Positions 13,126-25,300 of a DNA stretch of 64,000 nt are shown here, piece after piece (within the stretch, counting starts at the first letter, position 1; every line of letters starts with the position of its first letter). The stretch is from Rhizodiscina lignyota (taxonomy: Eukaryota), in assembly GCA_010015805.1 (NCBI GenBank), contig ML978123.1, positions 2,356,001 to 2,420,000 of the forward strand, written 5' to 3'. The translations under genes were made by a program, and so were the position numbers. The notes below the pieces were generated by a model, which worked only from the letters and a program-made list of their open reading frames with translations, was not told the origin of the DNA and searched no databases.

Positions 13126-15132
13126 ATGAACACAATCCAACCCGCCTACGATGTGCATCAGTCGCACATGTCGCAGCACACCTCAGGCCCGCCATCGGGC
13201 CTAGGTCATTACTCGCACTATCCACAGCCACCTCTCTTGCAGCCCGGACCACAGACGTATTCTTCTGCCCCCAATTCTTACAGCCAATATCCATATGGCG
13301 GGGGCATGAATCAGTCTCCTGCGCATCCAGTGACTTCATCAATGGGCAGTGCAATGTTACAGCAAGCCCTTCCTCTCCCAGGTAAGTTCCGCACTTCAAT
13401 TCCCAAATTAAACATCATGTCACTAATTTCAAGGCACAGCTATGGCTTCACAAGCAGGCACTGGTTCTATGCAAGGTGCTCAAAGTTACCCTCCTCACCA
13501 GTTCGATACCACCGGCCAAATCGCACCTCCAGGTGTCAAACCAAGAGTGACAGCGACCTTGTGGGAAGATGAAGGCAGCCTGTGTTTTCAGGTAGAAGCA
13601 AAGGGTGTCTGCGTGGCGCGTCGTGAAGGTCAGTATATTTCCAATCAAACGATTTGAAGGTTAAAATGAGTACGGGGCTAATGAATGGTCAAGACAATCA
13701 CATGATCAACGGAACCAAACTTCTCAATGTGGCTGGAATGACTCGAGGACGTCGTGATGGCATTCTCAAGAGCGAGAAGGTGCGCCATGTTGTGAAAATT
13801 GGCCCGATGCACTTAAAGGGTGTCTGGTATGTCTAGTTGCAGACGAGGATGCAGAGACGACAACTAACTTTCAACAGGATTCCTTTTGACCGTGCTCTTG
13901 ATTTTGCGAATAAGGAAAAGATTACAGACGTCTTGTATCCTCTGTTCGTTCACGATATTGGCGCGCTTCTCTACCACCCCACGAATCAGTCAAGAGCCAA
14001 TGTTTCCACTGGCGCGATGGCAGCAGTAGACCGCAGTCGTACGCAGCAACGATATCTCCCAGCAACACAGAGCACTCAAGCGCCACCGTTACACCATCAC
14101 CATTCGATGAGCAATCCAATGAACCAGGCACCTCCCAATTCAATCGCCCCCCATCCAGCAGCTGGTCGACCTGGACTTGACAGGGCTCACACCTTCCCGA
14201 CTCCTCCTACGAGTGCGTCGAGTGTGATGGGTATGAGTAACCAATATGGCTCCTCGGAATGGAGCGCAAGCGGTGTTTCGGGTATGCAGAACACCCAGCA
14301 ATTGTCCATTGACACAGGGCTAAGCAATACTCGTTCAGTCCCTACTACTCCGGCAACTACACCTCCAGGTAACGCAATCGGAAGCATGCAGCAATACCCC
14401 ACGACTCAATCTTACGATACTTCACGCCAAGTATACACCGCTCCACCTACGCAGACTAGTCCATACGGAACGCAGGTTCGATATGGTCAAGTTCAGCCAG
14501 GTCAATATCCAAAGACTGAAATGGCACCCCCGGCGCGTGCAGGTGAGGGTGAACAAGGTGACATAAAGCCTCCTGATATGATGGGCCAGCCGGGCACGCA
14601 TGTTCCGCACGGTGAGGAGGAAGCAGAACATGAGCAAAGCGAATACACCCACACACAAGCGCCATACTCTTCAACTCGCGATCCGTATAATTATGCGCCA
14701 GGGCCTCCTCAAGGTGCCATTCATGGTGAACCCCAACACATGTCGCCAGAACTAGCGAGTTCTCCGCATCAGAATGGCTCTGGAAGGGCTACTCCCCGCA
14801 CTACTGCGACTTCCCAGACACAGTGGTCTGGCCAGTATGGCACGCCGCAACGCGCAGCTCCAGCGAGCAATCTCTACAACGTAATGGACAATCGAGGAGC
14901 TCCAGTGAATGGCGCTGATCCCGGCTATCCTACTGCTGGATATCCGAGTCAAGCATATGCCGCTGCAAACGGTGGATCATCTGTCAAACGTGGCCGTGAA
15001 GATGATGATCAGGATTACAGACCTGATTCCCGCGATACAGATGATATCAAGGGCTTGAAGCGTCGGAAAACCGACACTATGGGTGGTGCGGTCGGAGCCC
15101 CGGCTGCAGTTGGAGCACAGAGGAGGAGATAG
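13126..15132 (+). CDS. stuA: APSES transcription factor StuA, AUG-initiated form; introns 13382-13439, 13629-13693, 13827-13877
   Basis: Spliced APSES domain [111 protein letters not shown]-terminal KRGREDDD and LKRRKT. Confidence 0.97.
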
Positions 15133-15271
15133 CGTGCAATGGAACAAGAGCTAGTAGGATTGGGCGGCAATCTCTTTTCGGTAGACCAATGACCTGCACG
15201 AAAAGCACCTCTCGGATAATACGACGAAATTTGCCCACGACGACTTCACCACAGAAGAAGATTCCCGTTAT

Positions 15272-15300
15272 GAATCGAATCGAATCGAATTCGAATTCGG
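15272..15300 (+). repeat. (GAATC)n / GAATTC short tandem repeat in the stuA 3' UTR
   Basis: gaatcgaatcgaatcgaattcgaattcgg. Confidence 0.7.
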
Positions 15301-17481
15301 ATGACCACACCAACCATCTACCCTCATTTACGAACGCATAGCGCCTGCGGAGAATCGGAGCGACTACACTCATTAGTTTCTTATGTGTTTCATGCACTTG
15401 CGCCTTGATTTCCATGGGTTTTGCAACAGGATACCGGAATTCATGACGACGATTACGACCATTTCTTTTCCCTGGCTTCTGAACCTCTAACATTCGACTT
15501 TCACCCGCCTCTGCTTCTCACCACGAACGATAATGACACGGTCTACTTCTGCTGCATCGAAACGCGAATCGGAATTGAACGGATGCCAGTGACGAAACGA
15601 CGGAAGGATTGCGACCTGTTTTTGCGTGTACCATTCTCTCCCTTGTGGCTTGTATCTTCTTATGAAGCCTGGGGAGTTCCCCTTTGACTTGTCCCGGCGT
15701 GGGCGAGGAAGGGCTTAGATACATATTCCCCTCTTTGTGGTTGTTTTCTAATTCGGCTGATGAAGGTGCTGGCAACGCTCCACATGTGTCTCCGGAGGCT
15801 TTGCTGTCGAGATGTGCAATGCCATGTCGAGAAGCAGACGGAATTCGGCATGGAGTTGTGGAGCGTGGATGATATGTTGTTTGGGAAAAAGTTGTTGTTT
15901 TTCTCAATGTGTCGTATCAGCAGCTCGTGGCGACTTGTCGAAGAGGAGCTGAGACATTGGCAGATGTCATGAGCGACGAGCGATGATTGTGGCGGGCTGT
16001 AGTGAGCGATCTTCCTTTTAGTTTATTTTATTTTCTACCTTTTGCTTCGAGGTCTCTTATGTGGAATGGACGATGGCTGGGATGTGGATCAGAACTGATT
16101 GCTTCCGGCTTGGATGACATGGATTCATGATAATGAGGAATTCAAAAGCCACATTTTTTCTCTTCTTCACTTTTTGTTTATTAACCTTTATACCAAATTA
16201 CCGACCCTCTTCACTTCCCTGTTGCTGCCTGCGCCTCGTCTACCGTGATATTGCTCGTGCTTGTAAGTATCTCATATGAGACATCGTATGACCAAGCAGA
16301 AGCATTTTTCCCATGAAGATTCTACTTGCCTTTGAACCCCAAGCTTCTTCCTCGTTACCCCAAGACCAGCAATTGGAGGATTGCGGGATCCTCTCATTGG
16401 GACGACCATTGCCACAGACTAGAGATGAATTGAGTTCATGGCCAGAGTATGCATTGTTTGATATTCCAGAGTCTTCTTGGCTAGAGCGAATGGACGTGAC
16501 GAAAAAGTCGCGCTTATGGCACATTGAACTGCCTAGATACAGAGCCTCTTGAGACAATATACATTTCATTCATTGAAGCTACATATAATTAGTTCACATG
16601 GCTCACGGCTTAGCATGTGAACTTTTCAGATGCTCTTGCCTGCGTTCAAGAGGAAAAGTTGCGCGCTCCTTATACTGGACTTTCGACCTCTGTCTGGGCC
16701 TTAGCTATTTTGTCCGCTTCCAGAATAAAAGGGGTTGATCGTCTCCGCCATCAGACTTCATCCTTCGCTCCATTACTCCACACAGATTTTATGGCTTGAT
16801 GCTTGAGCATTGTCAGGCATCTTGATTGCGACAGACCTATGAATTTATGCAAGCAATTAACGATGACTGGTCTACGGCTTCGAGCCAGAGCTCCGGTTTG
16901 GATAAGACCTCTTCTGATTCCTTCGGACTGCTCTGCGATAATACTCCGCAATGGCCTTCAATTCTGTAGTTATCATATCTAACCGTGCTTGAGGCTTGGT
17001 AGGTAACCAAGTGCTAGCTACTGTCATTCATGTATCCGCGTTGTGGTTGAGATCTGTTACCTCAGAGACGCTACCCGTTCGTGGAAGTCTTTCTGTCACT
17101 GCAACACCAAATGGTGGCGCCCTCACCCCAGTCACATGGCACTCATTTTATACACACAACACAATTTCCCGCGTTCAGATGTAAACATTCTTTTGACCTT
17201 CTCCTTCTTTCTTCTTCCTCCGGACAACACGCGTCAACCAGAAACATGTCTTGATCGCTCGCTGTTTCTCTCCGCGTACGGCAATATACTAAGGAAAACA
17301 TTCATTTCTGCACTGGAAACTTCTACGACATTTTCACCCTTTCTTTGGGGCTGCCTGGCGCTGTCACCACCTTCCCAGACTCCTACAGCCTACATCCAAC
17401 CTGACAAATTTCAACGACACCTACACCTGCGCTACGCGTACGATACTGTCAATATATTCAACCTCTCCACCTGCTCAAACC

Positions 17482-19856
17482 ATGGATAGCGGAGGCAATC
17501 CAAATCGCTCGGGCGACCGCTTTACAGGTGGTCCGCCTCCTTACGGCTCCTCTTCCGCGCCTGAACGACACGGACGAGGCGAGCTCCACGCCGGCATGCT
17601 CCAGGAGGAGCAAGATCGCCAGCTCGCTGAACAAATGGCACGTCTTGGCTATGATGAAATACGAGGCAGATCTTCGACAGGACCAGTTTCTAGATCTGTC
17701 GACGACGCACCTGGACGCCCCTCCACTGGTGATCCAGCCAACAGTACAGCTCTTATACCATCAGCTGCCCATCTTACAATCGACGAGAGAGATATCAAAG
17801 CATTCGCATCTAAGATGCTGAATACTCGCTGCAGCACCCGCAATTGTAGGAAGACCTTGGTCTCAAACAAGACGGAGCTAGGAACTATCTTCGCGTTGTT
17901 CATGAGAGCTATGTCCTCTGAATTCCCAACACCTTTGACCCCAATCAGACAGTGTGTTCATTGTCACGGCTTTACCTGCATTGGCTGTGGAACACGGAAC
18001 GGGCCTCGTCCTGTTTGCGATAAGGGTTGCGTTGAAGGCGGCCTATTCGTCGTGTGGGTCTTTCTCTGCGGATTCGATCATCTGGGTGGGAAGACAATGA
18101 CGGAAGCAGAAGTGAGACAGAGGCAGACCAGCCTGCGTCCTCGCGATACGGCAAAAGGCACTGGGTACGACACAAGGAGTAATGCGGTTGCGTCCCTACC
18201 TCCTCCACCATATACTGGGTTCTATGCCCAGCCAAACCTCACCTTACCTGAGAGCAGAAACATAGCTCGTCGTGCGGTTCCGCGAACCGATGCTGTGGAG
18301 AGGGATATCGATTTCAGCTACGAGAAAATTATGCGTGGGCTTACGATGGTACTTCCAGCCCTAGACCGAAATTCCGCGTTCGACAGAGCACCACCGAGAA
18401 CTCTTGCAGCCATGATACTACGGTGTTCCATCCTCGACAAAGCAGCAGAGCTTCTGCGCAATGATTCTATCAACGATGTGCTCAAGCGCAGTGAAATCTA
18501 CATCGCTGTGTTGAATTTCACCTCCGCGTTGGTTAAGCACCCCTCAACTGCCATCACCGCTGTCAGTGACCGTACCGTTCGCGAAAAGGACTTGAATCTC
18601 CTGGAGCTTTCTTTCCATACCGACCACTCTGTGGATTCTGCACGCGGCAAGGTCGATGTTCGATCGTCCTTGGCCAAGGCAATCAGGAACATTGCAGAGC
18701 AAAGCCAGATGATCTTGCAGCGTGCGGCACGTAACCCACGCGAATTCTCGAACACGGAAGATCGGAAAGTTATCGACTTTTGCCGGTTTGCCAGTGGGCT
18801 GGCCACGTAGCTGAACATCAGCGCTTTGCAGCACGGGACCGCTGCTATGGAAGCTCCAACCTATGACAGGTCGGAGGAGGAGTGGCACCGGGAGCACTCC
18901 GTATCAGAAATCCCAGACGACCAGCTGTTCGCTCGTTTCCATTTTGCACCACAGGCAGCCAATTTTGGTCGTGGCAGGCATGGCCGGATGAGCAAACTAG
19001 TGACAGAGCTCGCTAATATGAAGACGTCGCTCCCAATGGGCATATTCGTGCGCTATGCAGAGTCTCGCATCGGCTTTATGAAAGTCCTTATCGTCGGCCC
19101 CCGGGACACGCCGTACGAGAACGGCCTCTTCGAGTTCGATCTCCTTTGTGGGTACAACTACCCCTACGAGCCGCCCAAGTTGTTCTTCCGCGGTGCTACA
19201 ATCGAAGGCTCTCCAAGGGAGATCAATCCAAATCTCCATAAAGATGGAACAGGTATGTTCCCGTGTCTCAAATGTTTCTATGGTATCAGATCCTACTACT
19301 ATTATTCGCAACTGGAGGGGCCACATCGCAAGATGAGCCGCTCCAAATTATGAATCTGATAGCGTAAGTTGTGGCGCTGATTGCTAGTCATTCGCTCCGA
19401 ATCTTCGCTAACTATCCTTTGTTAGTGTGCCTTTCGCTCCTTGGCACTTGATATGGAGAGCCTTGGAGGCCAGAGCAGAGCACGATCTACCAGGTGCTGG
19501 TCTCCGTGCAGTCGATGATCTTCTGTGAGGAGCCGTGGTATAACGAGCCTTCCCACCAGGCGAACAGTGGCACGCTTCCACAGGGAAGAGAGATATTGCG
19601 TGCACACAACGCAATGACGCGTCGCACGACCGTGGCGGGGATGTTGCGATGGCTCAATGAGGGGGCGGGCATCTGGACAGATGTGGTGCATCGACACTGG
19701 CACGTTAACCAGTTGAGAATTGTACAGGTGGCCCAGAGCTGGGCGATGGAAGAGGCTGGTGGGCCGCCGCTGCCGCAGCAGCACAGAGTGGGAGTTTTGG
19801 TGGCTGAATTGCAAAGGGCGCTCGACCGGCACTTGCGTAGCCAGGAGAGGAACTGA
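17482..19856 (+). pseudogene. BIRC6/UBE2Z-like ubiquitin-conjugating (UBC/E2) domain gene with Cys-rich N-terminus, interrupted by in-frame TAG (18808-18810) and TGA (19449-19451); intron 19253-19425
   Basis: [75 protein letters not shown]. ORFs 17482-18810 and 18826-19353 share one frame, separated only by a TAG. The TGA replaces the conserved Trp of CLSLLGTW. Confidence 0.8.
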
Positions 19857-20275
19857 ATTTGTGTCCTCCAATATGCGAAGGAGGTTCTATACCACGGGGG
19901 AATCGATTTTCGAGCGGGCGGACCAAGTGACTTTTGGATATCTCATGTATCGACACTCGCGGCATGGTCTCTACATTCCTGACCCTATTGAATCGGTCTC
20001 TTCGGAGTTCTCGTACTAGGGCGCCTGTAGTGTCTTGCCTTCTCTACTGGATCGGTCCCATTTTGGGTATTCGTACTAGAGTGACAGCGTAGTTAGCAAA
20101 GATCGATACCTTTCTCTTCAGCTTGCTTGATGCTTTTCACGGACTGCAGAAATCTCGATAGAACAAGTCTCTCTCGAGGCTATTTACAGAGCTCTTCCAT
20201 CTATGACTCTATGTGCTTTTCGCTGATCCCATGCGAAGCAGACTGAAGCAGACTCACAAATGAAAATCAAACGGT

Positions 20276-21371
20276 CTAAAAGCCTGCCCCAACCATCTCG
20301 CTTCTGCCGCCTCCGTACCATACTGTGCCCGCTCTGCAGTCCAGACCCCTCTCTTCACCCACAATCCATTGCACACCTTCTCTCCGCTCATCTCCCTCTT
20401 TTGGCCAGAACTCTGACTCCAGCCAGTGATTCAACTCCTCCACTGTCTCAACAAGCTGCTTCATCTTCTCCGGGTCCGGCTTGCCGTCCGCATCTGAGAA
20501 GTCGCCTCTGTCAATGAACCGCGCGATCGTCAAATGTGCACTCGGAACGACATATCTGCTTGCTACCTGAACGCCAGCCTTCTCAGCAGTAGTATACAGG
20601 TCGCGACGGAGATGGTGATAGCTGTACGAGTCCTCGTCAGCTGTGCGACCAGGTGGAAGCGCCTCGCCTGCTGCGGGGAGGAATGACAAGGCGAGCGCTT
20701 GAGCGTCATAGCTTATCATGGGTTTGATGAGGCGTGCACGATGGCTCTGCGTGTAGTTAACCAGGGTTGGAAGACTCGGCTTGATGGCTTCGACGAGAGC
20801 TGCAATGGTCTCGGCGGTCTGGGAGTGGTTGACCTCGATGGCTGTGAGATGGAGGTTCGGAGGCGGCATTACCCACAAATCTAGTGCCATGAGCTACGTC
20901 TTCATATGTTCAATTTTTTTTTGGGAGCGCGTAAGATTGCACTCTCTGGAAGACTCACTTGGCGCAATTGCGAGCAATTTCTGCTGTACCGTGTCGACGA
21001 GCTGACGTACCCGCTCAGGAGGGCGCGCCCAGAGAGTGAGACAGTGCCTAGGGTCATCATAACCAGGCTCTACTGTAGGGTCGTGAACTCTGCGGAGGAT
21101 CTCGTCGACGAGCACGCCAGAGAAAGCCGGATCAAGCAGCTTTGTCTTCTGCTGGGCGTTCCTGGTCGTCCGATGGGAGGCGTAGCGCGCCTGAATCGTC
21201 TTCTACAGAGCGTTGTGAGCATCTGGAATAATAAGGAACTGGGATCGATTGCAGTACAATATCATCGTTTGAGCCTTCGATGAGAGCGTCGTACGGGTTG
21301 GAATAGTTCCCGGACGAGCCTCCCGACAGGTCCTCAAATGCAATTTGAGTATGAGGTTGAATGTGAACCAT
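20276..21371 (-). CDS. 2H phosphoesterase (LigT/cyclic nucleotide phosphodiesterase-like); introns 21203-21257 and 20881-20958
   Basis: Two HxT motifs (NLHLTAIE, SAHLTIARF), DPRHCLTLWARPP and C-terminal GTVWYGGG. Introns splice in frame (DDI|KTIQARY; AP|NLWV). Confidence 0.85.
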
Positions 21372-22070
21372 AGTAATCTGCAGTAGTTTCTACAAATGTG
21401 GATCGAACTGACTATTAGTGCTAGACCTGCATTTGTACGATCTTTAAGAGATATTTTCTTTTAAAACTTCAGAGTCCGTTCAAGAACAAACTTGCACGTT
21501 TTAAGAAATAATAACAAAAGGGAAAATTATAGCTGAATGCAGAACTGGATAATCTCGCTATAGCCTAGTTTTTTGAGTCAAATATTTATGAATTAAGTAG
21601 TAAGAGTATACAGAACAATATCACGGATAGTCCTTCGTGGTAACAAGCTTTCGCCTAATATACTTCTTTGAGTTAGCGTAGCATGGAACTCAGGACGGGA
21701 TGATTCCGTAGAGTATCTGTCACTTCGATGCTGCCACTCAAACATCTACCACTACTTTAAGATGTCAACTTCGTCGAGGCTTACAACTCTTGCAACCTCT
21801 CTCCATAGTTATCAGTATATAAGAAGCCCCTACACTCAGTCTCAATGCACTCAACAAACTTCTACCCCACCCACCTTGTACTTCAAAAGAACAACTCCTG
21901 GTATGAGCCAGGTTGTTCAACATCTTTACTCTTTTCCTCCCTGCTATCGAGGTTAAAACTACGTCTGCTTTGCTTTACCTTACACTATGCTCGTTTCTCG
22001 TTTTAGCCTTCGATGTCCAACTCACAAAACACTCATCTTCGCTAAAGGAGGAATGGCGCCTAAAGTCGGC

Positions 22071-22133
22071 CGAAGCGCGGTAGGATGCCGGAGCGACTTC
22101 GGAAGACCTCAACGCGTTCGCGTTAAGACGCGA
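22071..22133. promoter_or_regulatory. Cluster of MCB-like elements upstream of DNMT5
   Basis: ACGCGT 22112-22117, TCGCGT 22118-22123, ACGCGA 22128-22133, about 190 bp before ATG 22315. Confidence 0.55.
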
Positions 22134-22314
22134 CTTCCAATTTTTGGAGCTCCCGTTTGTAGCATCACCTCGTCTACACGTAATAGTGGCGGCCCCTCAT
22201 TTGAGAAGCTGCTGGTGTGCTGCTCATCGTCTGAGAGCCAATTCCGAGTCAATTGTTCTCTCAGGGTGCTGCAACAACTCTTTACTTACTCGATGCACAC
22301 TTTCAAGGTGGGCC

Positions 22315-25300
22315 ATGCCTCCACCAAAGCAAACCTTACTTCGTCAATTCCTTTCCTTCTTTCCCACCAATGTTCTTCAGAGCTCGAATAGCAATCTTAA
22401 CCGTCAATCTCAGAACCAACCCGAAACTGGCAGCGTGACACCGAAGAAGCGGGCGCGAGATGAAGACGGAGAAATTCTTGACAATATAAATGTCGTCCCA
22501 GTCGACAGTCGTGCAGCGAAGAGTGCCAGGCGGCAACGTGGCTCTAAGAGCCATAAGCCAACCTTCCAGCCTCCACCATCTTCAGAGGGCGAAGAGCAGG
22601 AGCCACCACTCAAAGCTCGAAAAGTTTTGGATTGCGTTCTGAGTGCGTACATTTCTCAGCATTTCTCGGCATTTTAAGACTTTGCGCTTGTGTGCTAATT
22701 GTGATCATCCCGCAGTCGAACCTTCGAAACCTCAAACTCTTTCCGTGCAACAAGAACCTACGCCTCCAGATAGCACAGATTTCTCAAACGAGCCTCCTCG
22801 GAAACGTCGGCGAAGAACGTCAACACGACAGTCCACTTACTTGAGCGCTTCCACAGCCGAACTATTTTCCAACGACGCATCAGATAAATCCGTCTTCAGC
22901 CTCAATGACGAATCTGAAAGCGACACCGCTTTCGTTGGACCTTCAGGCGAGCCCTCAGATGAGTCGATGTTACAAGAAGGAGAGGAGTCCGGCTTCGAAG
23001 ACAAGAAACCGAAGCGAGCACGGGCGAAAACTATTCAGCAACCAAAGAATGCCTTCACCGCTATGATGCAGCGCAAGGAGTCGACTCAAGATGATGCTGA
23101 TGCAACGGATGAGGATGATGGGACGAAATACCCAAAGAGATTCAAGCAATTCCCGAAAGGCCTCGATCTCAGTCTGCCGCCGTTATCAGATGTTCGTGAA
23201 ATCTTCTCGTCGATCGCCGAGGTAGCTCTGAAGAATGGCCTCAAACCAATACTTAACAAACTGGAAGGGCAATCGATCCGAGTCGCAACTATGTGTTCAG
23301 GCACCGAAAGTCCCTTGATTGCCCTGAACATTATCAACGACTCTCTCAAAGCCCTTATCGGGAAGTCTTTCCAGTTTGAGCATGTCTTTAGCTGTGAAAT
23401 TGTGCCCTGGAAGCAGGCGTACATCGAGCGGAATTTCATGCCGCCGTTGATATTCTCGGACATCACCGAGCTCTTACATGCCGCCCGAGAAGACTTTCAG
23501 GCAACCACCGCATATGGTGCAAAAGTGGACGTTCCCGGAGACATTGACATTATCGTTGCGGGAACTTCTTGTGTCGACTTTTCCAGGAAGAATAAAAAGA
23601 GGAAAAGCATAGACGATATTGGCGAATCAGGAGATACCTTCCGAGCTCTCCTGGCCTATTGCGACGTTCGGCGACCGACCATTGTCATTGTTGAGAATGT
23701 ATGCTCTGCTCCCTGGAAAACGATGGTGAAAATGTTCAATGAAATTGGCTATGATGCCGATGCTGTCGAGGTCTCTAGCTCCGACTTCTACATCCCTCAC
23801 ATTAGAAATCGAGGGTACATGATTTGCATTGATCGAAAACCTTCTGGGAATGAAGGAGTTGCCACTACCTCCCACTGGGTCGATCTGATGGACAAGTTCA
23901 GACGACGAGCGAGTGCGCCTGTCACCGAATGTCTGCTTCCCGAAGATGACACTCGGGTCCTTCGGGCGCGCTCTGGTATTGGGCGATACGATAAGAAGCA
24001 GGTCTCAAAAGAGAAAAACTGGATGACCTGCAAAGAAAGAGGGGATAAGGAGAGAAGAAAGATGAAGCTCGGCATGCTTCGCCCACTTACCCGCTGGACC
24101 GAAGCAGGTGTCGTCGATGTGCCTGAGGGGGTCGACAAGGTGTACTTCCGTGGACAGACGAAACGCGTATGGGAGTTTTATGAGATCGCATGGCTACGAA
24201 ATGCTCTGCAAGAACGGGGAAGTTTTGATACGCGCTTTAAGACGTAAGTTGCCAAGGATTTGGCACATGGATCAGTTCTCTTTTCGATATGACGGATGGC
24301 TGTACTGTATCATGCTGCGCACCACGCTTACCTAGACGATGACACTCCAAGCTAACTATTTCACATAGGCGTTGTTGGGACGTCTCTCAGAATATCGACC
24401 TCCAAAAGGACACTCATCCCTTTGGCATAACACCCTGTATTACATCTATCACCGCTTATTTCCTTGATTGGTCAGTATCTAACCGGCTCCAGGTATCACA
24501 CCGACCGGTGACGTGTTGGTCACGAACCAAGGCCGGGCCCTTACAGGATACGAATCCCTGAGCTTGCAAGGCTTGCCTATTGACGATCTGTCATTCACGC
24601 TCGAGCTAAATAGAGATCTTTTAGATCTGGCTGGAAACGCGATGACGGCGACAGTCGTTGGTTCAGCCCTTCTTGCGGCTCTCATTTCTGCGGGCGACGA
24701 AATCAAGCACCCCATATCCTCGCCTCAGCCCACCGGCCCAAAAGAACCGACCCATCTGGATGCTCTTATCGACGCAGCTGTAATGGAAGATGATGATGTT
24801 GTGCTTGGCGCCAAAAGCGCTACTAACATGGATGAGTTGATGCATGATGCTGAGCTTAGCGCCTCTTACTGTCGTTGCGAAGGACCGTACATCACTTCTC
24901 AAGCATCCATCAAAACGTGCACAACTTGCCATCGAACCGTCTGTCAATCCTGCGCTGGAGCTTTACACACTTATGATCAGACGAGCATAACGTCCAATCA
25001 GCGGATGTCACCAATAGAATTCGAAAACCGCTGGAGACATCATTTCCCAGCTGCCTTTCGCATTTGCAGGCAACCTGACCTGAAGAGCTTGTTCCGCTTG
25101 CATAGCGATCTACCATCCTCCATCACCGACACCATTATCAGCCAGATCACTGAAGCCTTTAAAGAGCCAATGACTTTTGAAGGTTTACAACGTGGATCAT
25201 GTTGGAAAGCTTGCTATAGCTCAGCAACCGCCGCACTCGTCCTTTCACTGCAAAAGAATCCAGAATGGCAGCTATTTGTCAAACCAGAACGCGGTCTCCC

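Noticed and set aside
16240..17000. Short ORFs (16313-16552, 16617-16799) as a possible gene relic
   Set aside because: Different frames, no recognisable motif or convincing splice joins; cannot be supported.
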